Shown one piece after another: positions 24,212 through 36,651 of a stretch of DNA of 64,000 bases (the first letter of the stretch is position 1; every line of letters starts with the position of its first letter). The stretch is from assembly GCA_964252035.1 (NCBI GenBank), contig OZ176201.1; one strand, given 5' to 3'. Source of the stretch: Podarcis erhardii (taxonomy: Eukaryota). The notes under the pieces are model-generated. The model had not been told where the DNA came from. It saw nothing but the letters and a program-made list of their open reading frames with translations, and ran no database searches. Made by a program: the position numbers and the translations under genes.

Positions 24212-26637
24212 CTGCAAATGAGAAAACTTGCATTGGTCGACAAAAAGATGGTGCAATCTACCAGCATTACGAATTGTGCAAAGTTATATGCACTAGCATA
24301 CTTGTGACCACATATTCTCATAAATGGTGGGGTATGCACTTATAGACAGTAGCCCCCATCTAGAGATTTCAAGGTTTATTCACAGCAGCTTTGCAAGGGT
24401 TTGCATACATCCAATAGATTTTTTTTCTTGACCAGTCCCTTCACTTTACACTGCAAACAGCATTTGGAAAGTTCAAAATCCAATCCATTACATAAAGGCA
24501 GCAACGATATCCAGGGAACATCAGGAACAAACTCCATGCATTTCCCTGCAAACATTTTTGGCCTGTTCATTCCTGCTTATATCATCCATTTTTGTTAATA
24601 AATCATAATACCTTCCAAGGTACATGGTATTACCTGGAACACAAAGAACTCTTTCCAGCTATTTATAGCTCTGTGCAGATGAGCTGAACCTGTTATACTT
24701 ATATCCATTTATATCTTTCTTATATTATAGCAAACTTTAAACTGATAATACATGCTATAGCTCAACTGCAGATTAGGGATGAGGAATGTGCCAAAGACTC
24801 CCCTCTCGCTTACCATTTCCCTCCTTAATTTGCAAGTTGCTCAAGCCATAGCTCTCCATGATCTCGAAAGAAGGCAACGATGGTTAGTGCTATCCTACAA
24901 ATGCCTTGTAAACCGATTTAAAATAATAGTTATAAATAATTTTTTGGAGGTTACCATTAACCTTTTGCCTGATTCAGCTATCACAGTTAGACCAACCTAG
25001 AAATGGAGGAAGGGATTAACATCAAAGAGATTGTGTACATTCCAAACCTCCATAGTTTCAAAGACAGTCACTCTAAACTGAACCAAAAAGACCATATTGC
25101 ATTGCAAGATTTCAGTTTATCGATCAGAATAATGGCTTGCAAGCATTTTGTCTTTTGGATGTTCATTAGTTAACATTAGTTCTAGGGAACTTCCAGTCCA
25201 TGAGCCTAGCTAGACACTCACCTGCCCTAGACCTAATGATTGCAGGGTTTGCAGCCATTCCTGATCAGCTGACTCTCTGTGCCTACAAACCATTGTGCCT
25301 TTGCCCATGAAATGTGGTTTCAAAGTGCAATGGCAAAGGAAGCAGAGTTTGCAGGAACTGACCATCAGCTGATCAAGAATATGTGCAAAATTTGTTCCGT
25401 TTGATTTCAAACAGCACAGGCAAAGAAAAAAGCTTCACCTGATGTCAGGTAACTGACAGGTTAGTGGCTGCACCCACCTGTCAAAATTGCCTACAGTGGT
25501 TGGGGGAGGTCATCCACTTCCTCAACTCTGCTTACCATACATTATCATTTTAAGGAGTTCAAGATAATGTGCCGGATGTATATAGGCTAGCTAAGGCTAA
25601 AAGTGTGTTTGCTTTGGAATTTGTCAGCTTTCAATTATACAGAAGGATCTAAAAGGATACCAGTATTTAAATGGAAAGTGCCACAGTGCATTTTTAAAAT
25701 GTTTGAAGAATCTAAAACTTACTTTTGAATACAGCCACAGGTTTACATTTCTGACGTGTGAAACACACTAATTTAGTTCATTTGAATCACCTATTCCTTC
25801 AAGGAGCCAGAGAGACATATATGCAGTTATCACGTTTTAGTTATTTATGATTTTTTAAATATACAATACTACTCGAATTATAGAATTGTAGAGTTGGAAG
25901 GGACCCAATCTAGACCACCACCTGCAAAGCTACTCTTTTTGTTGTTTCTTGCTGTTCTTATAGACTTGTTTCAAGGTTAAATAGTGAGCTTCATAGCGGG
26001 GCAGGAATACACATCTTGGGTTTTCTAGATTCAAATTTAACACTCCAATGACCATTGCACGCTAATTTTCTCAAGAGGAGACAAACAACTGGAGGTTCTT
26101 TCTCTTTCAGACGCTGCTAGCAAGAGGTAAAAAATAAACAAATGAAAATACCCTAAGTTAATTGGTGGGCGGGCGGGCGGGCAGGCGGGGGGGCGGGGCT
26201 GCTACATGAATAGATTTGGAACTCGGGACTGTGGTCTATGATCATAAGACACGCACAATTTTGTTAAACTGGATTATCATACTTAATCTATTCCAAATAC
26301 ATTAGAGTTATAGAATCCATTATTTTACAGGATACTTCCCCCCCTAGAGTAAAAAGTTTGGGACCAGCTGTAATCTATTATGTAAATCAACATGATTGAA
26401 GTTCAGAAAACACAAATCACACATAGGAATTAAGTCTTTTATGTGCCCTGTGACACTCCTTACCTCTAAAGATGTGGCAAGATCCGTCCCTACCTTCTTT
26501 CAGAAGTCTTCTATCAACTGTACTCTTTAGACAAGCCTTCAGAATATGATTTTTTTATTTTTAATCAGCCAGTATCTACTGATGTTTTATTGATACGTTT
26601 CATTATATTTTATGGATATTTGTAGACTGCCTTTATT

Positions 26638-26792
26638 GTAGCTGGATAGCACAGCTGGCTACAGCACTGCGCTGATACCACCAAGGTTGCAGGCTTGCTT
26701 CCTGTATGGGGCAGCTGCATAGTCCTGCATTGCAGGGAGTTGGACTAGATGATCCTCAGCGTCCCTTCCAACTCTACAATTCTATGATTCTA
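26638..26792 (+). mobile_element. tRNA-derived SINE with CR1-like 3' tail
   Basis: tRNA-like head (gctggatagcacagctggct...aaggttgcagg) followed by ggactagatgatcc...cccttccaactctacaattctatgattct. Confidence 0.7.
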
Positions 26793-27769
26793 TTTTTTTT
26801 ATTGTAAGCTGCCTTGATATATTTTATGAAAGTGTGGATTATAAACAGTTAAATAATCACCCCCTTAGTTAATCCAAATTGGTGAAGGCCAATGAAAACT
26901 GAAGATCAGGGTGCATGTAGATAGATGACAGTGTCTTATGTGCACTGGATATGAACCGAACTCCAACAAAAACTATTGCAGAACAGGCCTGCCCCTCACT
27001 TGAGTTAAGATATGGCTTTTACACTTCCCAGGCTCACTGAACAAACACTAATATACCATGATGCTGTGACAACTGTACTGTAGTGGCCCTTTACAATGAA
27101 GCTCACAGTGTAATGATCCTCAGCAATGAAGTATAGCCTTGGGCTTATCACCCTTAGCTGCCTTCTCCTAATGCACCCCATCAGTGGAAGCCCAAGGACT
27201 TTCACTTGCACAACACAGCCTCCCTTTTCTCTTCCTCCTGTGTGCCCCAAAATTGACTGGGTCATGAGAAAAAAGGCACCGGGATCATTCCATCCAGAAA
27301 GATGCAATGCTTGCACATGCTGAAGTCCACCCCATGTCTCCCAAGCTTAACTTGCCTCACAGAGCTGTTAGGGTGGTTTAGAGTTATCTAATTTTTATGA
27401 CTGAGTTTTTTGGAGAACTGATGAGGAAAATTATAAGACCCAAATATCACAATTAACCTTGTATTTTGCCTCCAGTCACGTATTACATTTGATACATGAA
27501 AAACAAATCTTGGACTAAAAAGGTACTTGGGAAGGGAATCTGGGCGGAATACAGTAGCTACTTTTCTCAAACAAGCCAATCTTGAAGGAACTTGTAACAA
27601 GAGCGCTGTTTTTTATTTTATTTCTTTTGCTATCACTTTCGTTAAGGAAGCAGCCGCCTTTCCCGCTTTCCAGACAACGGAGCCTCTTGGATAAGGAAAG
27701 TAGAGGCTCTTGAGAGCAGCAGCAGCAGCTGATAAAAGGAGAGCCGCCCAAACTCCGCACATTTCAAAA

Positions 27770-28870
27770 CACGTTACACGCGTCTGCTTTTGCTATTATT
27801 ACGCGGAGCAAGACCAGCAAACGGGGGGGGGGGGAATAGAGGCACCCTCTTCTCGGGAAACAGCAGTACTATTATCCTGAATAATGCTCCAAAAAAGCGA
27901 TTAAGAGCCGCCGTATCAACAAAGACAGCCTGGCAGCGCCCCGGGGAGATGCCGGGAGGATCTCCACTCCATCCTTGCGGAGCGGCGTTCCCACGACCCG
28001 TGTCAGCCCCCGGGCAAAGGAAACGAGCCAGCCCCGCCTTTGCCTGCCCTCCTCCCCACCTGCAGCCAGAACCCGCCGCATCTCTCCTGGTGGGAGGACA
28101 GGCGGGCTTCCCCGTCCCTTCCCCGCTCACCTCCACCGCCTGCCCGAGCTCCAGGTCGAAGCCCACCACGCACACGCAGTGCAGCCAGGCCGAGAAGCGG
28201 TCCCAAGGCAGCAGCGGCATCAGGCGCCCGCCCGGCGCGCATTCCGGGAGCTCCCGAGCCTCCTCCGGGGAGCCCGCCCGCCTCGCGCTTCCGCCGCCGC
28301 CATCGCCCGGCTTCCGCAGGGACATGGCGATTGGCGGCGCCGCACCGAAACGGCCGCCGGCACCCGAGCAGCAGCCGGATTCCCCCTCACTTTCGCCCTA
28401 AGCCGCCGTGCAGCCGGTTCTGCCAGAAACCCCGAGGGAGGGCCACGTGACGCGGGTCTCTGGGGCCGCGGCCGCCCCTAACCTCCCCCCCTCCCGCTCC
28501 GCTATGGGAACGTCCACAGCAGACCGAGAAGAGGGAGGTGGAAGAGTCCAAATGAGCATCATAGGGGTGGAGACAAGCAGAGGGGAGGAGAATAGCCCTT
28601 TGGCGGCCGCAGGGAGGAGGGAAGAGTATTTAGTCCGTCTTTGGAGGGGGTGTAGGAAGCTTCTTCAAGGATTTTTTTTTTTAAAACAACCCTCCCAAAG
28701 AATATGCTATGTTCACTGGGTTGGTGGTACAGACCCTCAGGGGAAGGAGTTTTCCTACGCATACTTTCAAATCTGCCTTTTCCCCACCCTGAATACCCAG
28801 CCATAGAGCGTTCCAGGCGCTTCTCCGGTTATATTTAGCTCAAGGCCCTTTAAAACGGCAACTTTGTTGG
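27770..28870. promoter_or_regulatory. DENND6A: CpG island / DENND6A promoter, with E-box GTCACGTGGC at 28451-28442
   Basis: Abrupt GC- and CpG-rich stretch spanning exon 1. The E-box is about 120 bp upstream of the ATG. Confidence 0.85.
28131..28325 (-). CDS. DENND6A: DENND6A coding exon 1 (65 aa, [10 protein letters not shown]...[28 protein letters not shown])
   Basis: gccATGt start at 28325. [25 protein letters not shown] matches the DENND6 uDENN N-terminus. GAG|gtgag donor. Lies in a CpG island. Confidence 0.96.
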
Positions 28871-28958
28871 CGTAAGGCTGGGAAGCACTTTAAGGTCATG
28901 ACATCTGATCCAGTCCCATGCACTGAGGCAGGCTTCTCTTCCCCATTCTGGTGTTCTA

Positions 28959-28959
<1 letters not shown>

Positions 28960-28992
<33 letters not shown>

Positions 28993-29034
28993 CTCTCTCT
29001 CACACACTCACACTCACACTCACACTCACACACA
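28960..29034. repeat. Compound microsatellite (CA)n(CT)n(CACACT)n
   Basis: Read directly from the sequence. Confidence 0.95.
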
Positions 29035-29759
29035 AACGATTTTGATTTTGCCTTAATGAAGCCAGAATAACTACAGTTCTCTTCTATATTTGCAGCCAGG
29101 AACATTAAGCAGAATTCTAACTGCATAATTCATGTACAACCCACATTTGTTTATTTAGGGTACAGTATTTGCTACCTTGCTCTTCTGTTCTCAAAGGGTT
29201 TTCCAAAGCAACTTACAAAGGAACTTTCAAAATAACAGCAAACAAAGCTTTTTATTACCCTTTAAGCTTTCTGGGTGGTTTATAAAATACGTTACATCTT
29301 TATCTGCAGGAATTGATCCTGAATATATATCGACACCTATATATTTCCCTCCCCAATTTGAAGGTGCAATTTTTAATACTCATGTGGGGATGGGTAAATT
29401 CCATCCTTCCCGCTGCTATACTTCTCTTTGATTTGGGATGTATCTATGCAACTGCTATGAACTTTTTTTCTACACTCCATAACATCCCTGTCACAGATCT
29501 GCACCCAAGCCTAGAGTATCACTGAAATTGTATCTGATCTGGCACCAATGGGAGCTTTTCTCCTGACACAAATAGCAGGCACTAGGATTTGGGATGGGGG
29601 GAGAAATTTAACTTTGTTTGCATTTTAGCGAGATACTACCTAATTTGCACTTCTCAAAGGAATATGAGAACCAAAACATAGCCATCCTTCAAAATCTGCA
29701 CTTCTCTGAATTTTGTGATGTAGAGCTGTCCAGGGTTTCAGACTGAGGTCTCTCCCAAA

Positions 29760-30150
29760 CCAACTTGGAGATGCCTCAGATCGCCTCTCCCCGTATGAAC
29801 TGACCTGGAAACTGCAATCACCATATGAGGACCTTCTTTGTGTGCCTCCTCCATGAGAGGTCCAGAGGGAGGCAACATGAGAACGAGCCTTTTCTGTGGT
29901 GGCTCCCCACTTTGGAATGCTCTCCCCAGGGAGGCACGCCTAGCACCATCATTACACATCTTTAGGGACCAGGCAGAAACATTCCTCTTATCGCATGCCT
30001 TTGGCTAATTAAATAATCTATGGCCTTTTAAACTATAGAGGGGTATTGTTTTTATTTGTTATTATGGTATGTATTTTTATGTTGTAAACCACCCTGAGAT
30101 CTTCGGGTGAGGGGTGAAATAAAAACTTAATAAATAATAGTAATAATAAA
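29760..30150 (+). mobile_element. L2-type LINE 3' fragment
   Basis: Decayed RAFSVVAP.LWNALP RT-tail motif and a ttgtaaaccaccctgag...ataataa 3' end. Confidence 0.7.
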
Positions 30151-31462
30151 AAATAATACTAGGGATTGAACCTGGGAGCTTCTGCATGCAAACCCGATGC
30201 CGTACCACATAGCTGCACAGTTTCCCTAAGACAGAGCCAATACTTCTGGCTTTCCTCAGTGCAAAATTGGGTTATTAACTAATATAAATGATTGGCTAGC
30301 CAAGCACATACATGATTATATAGACCTGCTCTGAGAGCCAGATGAGGGGGGGGGGGCATTTTGCTTATCACCAATGTAAAGGTGTTAGGGCAGTTTCACA
30401 AGGCACCAAAAAGAGGGTGTGTCCCCCCATGCATATTCTGTAAAGTGATTTTTTTAATTCTACACTAACTAATGTAAGTTTTACAATCACGTTACAGAAC
30501 TTTCATCTGGAGCTTCAAAGATTAGCTGTATCAATTTTTCAACAAACAGATGATTGAATTAAACATTGAATAGTTGCTCTGATAGTTAGCTCTGAGGAAG
30601 AGCTCTAATAATTTATTGATTTCTTTCATTTTACATGGTAAAGGTTAAAAAAGAGCTTTGACGTATTTTCCAGGAATGAACATGCACATGAAAACAAACC
30701 AGGAAATTGCACCTCACTATGTCTCCTGGTAGGTCTATTTCTTGGGGATAAAGGTACTGTCAACCTTTAGCATTATGTAACCATTAATTGCATTCTAATT
30801 ATTAGCTAGATTAAAACTAGTTAGATTAGTGCCTTGAAGCACACATCTATGTTTTCTCTCTCTTCAATCTAGACTTATATTCTAGGGAAGCTTTCACAAA
30901 TGATGCTAATAACATTTTATCTGGAATGTGTCCCTTGTAGATGTTTCTACTGCAAATAGAAAATGCATTTTAATCAAATGTACATTCTAGCTTTTGTAGG
31001 TTTTACAATTAAATTACTTATACTGTATAAGCGATGGAACAGTGTGAAATTAAAGCTGCCTATAGGGGGCTACTCTCGACTATGAGAACCTTTAACTCCT
31101 ACAGAATGTGCTAAGGTTGTGTCTGAGACTGTGATCCAAAGCATGTTTACTCACAACTCCAATGAAGCTTGCTCAAAGTAAGAGCATTTAGTGTTGCAGC
31201 CTGAGCCAGGCTTCTCATACAGTGTTTTTTATTTGGGTGTATAAACCTGATTACAAAAATTGGCAGTTGCAAAAGGTACATATTATTCACTTGTTGTTGT
31301 GATGGCCACTAACTGAATGCCTTGAAAAGACAAATTCATGGGGGATAAGTAGCAGTGACTAATTCTGATAGCTATAAATTACCTTCAGAATCAGAGGCAG
31401 GGTGTATCAGAATATCCTGTCACTGGGGAACAACAGCAGGAAGCTATTGCTCTTATGCCATA

Positions 31463-31688
31463 CAGTGGTACCTCGGGTTACAGACGCTTCAGGTTACAGA
31501 CTCCGCTAACCCAGAAATAGTACCTCGGGTTAAGAACTTTGCTTCAGGAGGAGAACAGAAATTGTGCGGTGGCAGCACAGCAGCAGCAGGAGGCCCCATC
31601 AGCTAAAGTGGTACCTCAGGTTAAGAACAGCTTCAGCTTAAGAATGGACCTCCGGAACGAATTAAGTTCTTAACCCGAGGTACCACTG
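31463..31688. mobile_element. Tigger-like MITE
   Basis: TA TSD. TIRs cagtggtacctcgggtta / taacccgaggtaccactg. Confidence 0.92.
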
Positions 31689-32673
31689 TACCTGTGAGCT
31701 TCCCATAGGCATCTGGATGCTGAATTAGATAGGCCTTTAGTCTGGTCCAGCAGGGCTCTGTATTCATTCCTGTGTTAATTTTATTCAAACAAGAATTACA
31801 AATATAGTCAGTGTTATAGTTTGAACTGAACCCTAAGATACCCGAGAATAAGTGTTACTGAATTCAGTAGGACTTGCTTCTGGGTAAATTGCAATGTATA
31901 TATATTTGGCTTTTCCAAATAGGAAAATAGCTGAAAATTTTATTTTAATAGCTTCACTATTTTATTTATTTGCTTACAAAAAGGAAGCTTTTATTATTTG
32001 GGTCTAGAAAAGATAACCCTGTATGGAAGTAATCATTTAATTTATTCTGCATGCTCATAAAGGCTTTGTAATTGTGTTTCTCAAACAAGATCCCTCTTGC
32101 TTATGGCAAATCTCTTTTGAATTTTAAAGCAGTTTGTGATATGGCATTGGGGTCTGCTGTTCAAAACAAAACAAATGATTGGGTATGTCCAAACCCTTGA
32201 GTTCCCCAGCCTAACATATCTATTTGGATCCCTGCCACTTTGTAGACTTCAGGGTTATCATTCAGAAACAGAAGAAACAAACATGTCACGCTAAAGAGCT
32301 CAAGAAACAAGCACCCCTACAACGGTTGTTTTCAGTTTATATATTTATAATGCAGCTGAAGGCAATTCAGTTATGTTTATAAAAATATACCATCACAAAC
32401 AAAAGCCTCCAATCCTTTGTGCACTGGATTCTGAATAAGCATACACAGGTTTGAGCTGCAACTGTCATAGTTGCCATAAAATAATTTAGCTGCCCTGAAT
32501 CCATTTTTTGTGTATATTCCACTCCATCATAGGACAATTGCACTCTTATATCATATTCAATATATCATATCATAAGAGCACTGCCACCATATCATCAACA
32601 TCATAAAATATATTGTGAACCGCCCTCAGCTCTTCAGATAACAGGCAGCATGTAAATAAAATATTAAAAAGTC

Positions 32674-32814
32674 AAGGTAAAGGTACCCCTGCCCGTACGG
32701 GCCAGTCGTGTTCGACTCTGGGGTTGCGCGCCCATCTCGCTTAAGAGGCTGGGGGCCAGCGCTGTCCGAAGACACTTCCGGGTCACGTGGCCAGCGTGAC
32801 AAGCTGTATCTGGC
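32674..32814 (-). mobile_element. Sauria-type SINE, 3' portion
   Basis: aaggtaaaggtacccctg...gactctggggttgcgcgcccatctc...cttccgggtcacgtggccagc is the reverse complement of the Sauria SINE 3' end as recalled. Confidence 0.8.
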
Positions 32815-32943
32815 TAAATAAAATATTACCCACCCATTTAAAACTGCAATATACCTGCTGAAAATTGAGAAGCAGCAGTTAATTTATCATAGCAATTAAT
32901 AAAAAGCAGACCAAAATAACTTCCATGTTCATGTCCAAATAAC

Positions 32944-33098
32944 GGGGTCACAGCGGGTGGTGCTGTGATCTAATCCACTGAGCCTCTTGGGCTTGCCGAT
33001 CAGAAGGTTGATGGTTCGAATCACCGCAATGGGGTGAGCTTTGTGCGCTCTGGTTTCCGTCACAGTGTTCCGTTGCGCCAAAGCGGTTTAGTCATGCT
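32944..33098 (+). mobile_element. Sauria-type SINE, tRNA-derived 5' portion with internal deletion
   Basis: gcgggtggtgctgtg...gggcttgccgatcagaagg head and Pol III B-box GGTTCGAATC at 33013-33022. Confidence 0.8.
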
Positions 33099-33338
33099 AC
33101 CTTTTTACCTATTGGGGCCTATGTGTATTTCCTGGGAGAGGGAATTCCATAGGTGCAGGGTAACCAACAAAAAGGACCTGTTTCCTTGGTTCCAGATATA
33201 ATCTATCTAGAAAGCCTCACTCAGTGATTGTAAAATGGTGGTGGTTGGGAACCTGTGGTTCTTCAGATGTAGCATGGCTAATGGTGGGAACTATCTCAGC
33301 CCTGCTACATGGGATCCTACAATATGGATATGCTAGAG

Positions 33339-33477
33339 CAGGCTTCCTCAAACTCGGCTCTCCAGATGTTTTTGGCCTACAACTCCCATGATCCCTAACT
33401 AGCAGGACCAGTGGTCAGGGATGATGGGAATTGTAGTCTCAAGAAAACATCTGGAGGGCCGAGTTTGAGGAAGCCTG
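33339..33477. mobile_element. Short palindromic hAT MITE (139 bp)
   Basis: Long TIRs caggcttcctcaaactcggc...gccgagtttgaggaagcctg. Perfect TSD tgctagag. Confidence 0.92.
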
Positions 33478-33505
33478 TGCTAGAGACTCAACCTGGGAAT
33501 GTACG

Positions 33506-33906
33506 TGTCAGGGAACTGCCATCGGAGAGTCAGGTGGTGGAAGGGCTCAAGGAGAGCCTAGGATGCTGAGGAAGGAACCAGCAGGGGGAGAGAGAGAGTT
33601 CCCGCAGAAACTCATTCGGAGGGATGGCTCCAAGATACTTCCAGTGAGAACAGCGGAGAGGTCTCAGGACCTCCAGTGGGGACGCCTACTCCGCGTAGGA
33701 AACTGTCACGCAGAGAATCCAGAAGGAGAGTTTCCGTTAAGGAACTCTTATGTTGGCGTAAATTCCGGAAGCGCCCACTGACGGATTCTGCCAGCGATTG
33801 AGGTAGCCATGCGTCCATGGCTCCGCGGACTGGGAGAGTTTAGAAACAGATAGCATGAGTGGAGAACTCAACCATTTACGCACAAGCAGCCCCTAAGCCC
33901 ATAACA
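33506..33906 (+). mobile_element. Solo LTR (401 bp), Gypsy/Ty3-like
   Basis: Starts TGTCA and ends TAACA. A perfect 5-bp TSD, GTACG, lies at 33501-33505 and 33907-33911. Confidence 0.85.
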
Positions 33907-36264
33907 GTACGCATACAAACATGCATTCTTACCACTGACCTATGACTGCTCCCAAACTACAAAATTCTCTTTAGTGATTATACTTGCAGGTGGGAGGGAT
34001 CGGGTTGTAGCTAGATGTAGTCATCAAAATCACAAATCACTACAAAATCACAAATCACTACTATTACTATTACTTAAGGGGCCAAATATGGTTTGACCCT
34101 GGGTCTCCCTCTTCTAAATCTCCTTTTCCTCAAACAAGGTAGATATTGGATGTTGCGATCACACATTTGTATGCAGTGTGTCATTTGGCCCTTAGTTAAA
34201 ATCCTGTCTTTCAAAAATCTCTCTCCTTCTTTCTTTCTAGGAAAGCTTAATTGCTGCAGAGGGCTCACTGCTGTCCATGCACAGACTATTTTGTTTGGCT
34301 GTGGGCACAAGAAGACCTGGGTTCATCCTGGTAATGCATGGGACCAGAGGCAAAAACTGGGTGAAGCAATGGCTGTGATGCTGACTTTTGATTGTGAAGC
34401 TGCATTTCAGCCACACAAAATTTGGGGGTTTCTACACATGCACATGTCCATTCAGCCAAGCAGGAGGTATTATCACAGTTCAATGACATCTTACAAGCCT
34501 TTGAGGAAGGTGCAGATCAGGTACAGGGAGAGGTGTGGGCCTGGGGAGAGTCACAGGGAAGCAAATAGAGATAAGCCTGGAGGGCGTCATTTGGGTCTTA
34601 GGCCTCAGGTTTCACATCCCTATGGAAGCTATTAATTTTAAAACACTGTTTTGAAATGTTCACTCATTCTGAAAAAGCAAACATGCTTTTAAATCCCCAA
34701 TCTCCATTTCAAGCTTCAGTAAAATAGCGACAACCCCCTTCAAGCTTTCATAGTTCTATTCTCACACAGAGCTGACAACTAAATTTAATTATAGAACCGC
34801 AGCCTACAAAATGTCTTAATTTTTTTATTCTGAAGTAGAGCCACGATCTACTTAGTGTCTTGCATTTTTATTGCAAACTTTGGACGTGTACTTTACCAAA
34901 ACATTTTGAACTGCCCTTTCCTTCTATATGCCAGCACAAGAGGACATTTGCTGACATTTTGTAAACCAAACAGCTTTGTCTTCTCCCTAAAGCATTTTAA
35001 CTGATGCATTTGAGCTAGTTTGTTTTTATGAAAGGATGATGGGAAGCTTTCCTGGCAAAAAAATGCTGATAATCATTGGCAACCTGCCAGGCAGCAGCAA
35101 AGTCTAAGTAGATTAGTGTAGTCAGAACTGGTTGTCTGTATTGCGTAACTTTCCATAAATTATTATCTAAATTCTACATTACTTTCTGGACCCTTGATTA
35201 GCCTCAAGTCATTTTGCAGGTCAAGTATCATGATATGTCAGCTACCAATTTTTTGTGTATAGTCTTTTGAAATATTGCCTTAACTTTAGAATCTGAACAC
35301 TGAAAATAACAGACTATTATTCCTTTTTTTAAAACACACATGACACCTTGACCATAAACATATTTCCTTGCAATTAATATTATTTTTAGCTAGATAATTC
35401 CAAGCATGCTTAGATATACCAGATGATAGTTATATTCCTTTTTTTCAAATATCTATTTTTTTATTTTTCTGTTACAAAATTGCACACACAAAATACAGTA
35501 ATAAAAAATGATATGATTGATAAAAAATTGATCACTAGTGGGGTTAAATACTTAATATTAATTTTATTTGTGAACCTTTCATCATTTAGGATCCTCACTC
35601 CTACTCCTTAGCCCTTACTTTTGCCTCAGCCAAATATTTTGTAATTTTTTTTAAAAGGAGTCAAGAACTGCATTGAATTTCTATTAACCCTTCCAGTCTG
35701 TTCTTTGCTTTCCTCACATTGCATACCCAGTCTCTTACACATACCTCCTTCCCTGCTTCTTGCTCCTGAAGTAGATTCTCTCCACTCCATCTGCAGTCCT
35801 GCAGCCTGCTCCATTAACCTTGACCTATCTTTTCCCTTCGTCCTCATCCTCTCGTTCATTTCTTCCTTTGCTAGAAGCCTTCAGGCTGTTTCTGTCTTAT
35901 GGCTCCTACAAATGTGTTTTCCCCCCAGATTCCTTCCAGGAAGAAGAAAACAAAACCCAACCTGAATATCACATTTCCTTTTCCTGAAGCTTCTTCAACC
36001 TTTCCATCTTCAAGATTTCCTAGGCCCCATCTGGCAGTATCATATTTCTTTAAACTATCAGCTTTTCCTAAAGGATAATGGGAGTTGTAGTTTGTCAAAG
36101 GTGCTGAGAGTTGCTAGTTGTTATGCCCTTTACAGAGCTACAATTCCCAAAGTGGTTTAATAATCAACCCCCTCTTCCCAGGAAACTCTGATACTTGTCG
36201 CTCTTAACAAAGTACATTTCCCAGGATCCTTTGCAGAATGCCATTCTATTATATTGCTTTAAAT

Positions 36265-36651
36265 CAGGGGTCGGCAACATGCGGCCCATGGGCCGGATGC
36301 GGCCCACGAAGACAGTTTTACCAGCCCATGAGCCACCCCTGAACTGAGCCTCCCACTTGGCGAGTCCCGTGTGCTGCACTAAATCAGTGCAGCACAGCGA
36401 CTCACCAAGTGGCACCAGAAATCACGTCTGCGTATGCCCAGATACTGGAAATCACGTGTGCACATTTCCAAATGCCAAAAATTGCCTCTGTGCAGGCGCG
36501 ATTTTTGACGTCTGGGCATGCAGAGAATCAGTTTCTGGCGCTGCAGACATGCGCAGAAGCCATTTCTGGCATCGTGCTGTGCCATTCCGGCCCACGGACG
36601 ATCTCTGTGGGAGTGATCTGACCCATGGTCGGTAAACCTTGCTGACCCCTG
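36265..36651. mobile_element. Non-autonomous hAT (Charlie-like) element (387 bp)
   Basis: TIRs caggggtcggcaac / cttgctgacccctg. Perfect TSD ctttaaat. Confidence 0.88.

Noticed and set aside
27790-28806. Several 130-200 aa ORFs on both strands over the DENND6A promoter
   Set aside because: They are Pro/Ala/Arg/Gly-rich stop-free frames expected in a CpG island, with no domain signature. The real coding part is exon 1 only.
33013-33022. tRNA gene suggested by GGTTCGAATC
   Set aside because: This is the B-box of a tRNA-derived SINE head; no cloverleaf can be formed.
32674-33098. One Sauria SINE broken by a ~290-bp inversion
   Set aside because: The geometry fits, but the two pieces overlap by ~20 nt and differ there in what look like subfamily-level ways (gcgtgacaagctgtatctggc versus gcatgactaaaccgctttggc). 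Two independent insertions are more likely.
34093-34635. 180-aa ORF in the intergenic region
   Set aside because: TTG start, no recognisable motif, no splice or promoter context; consistent with chance.
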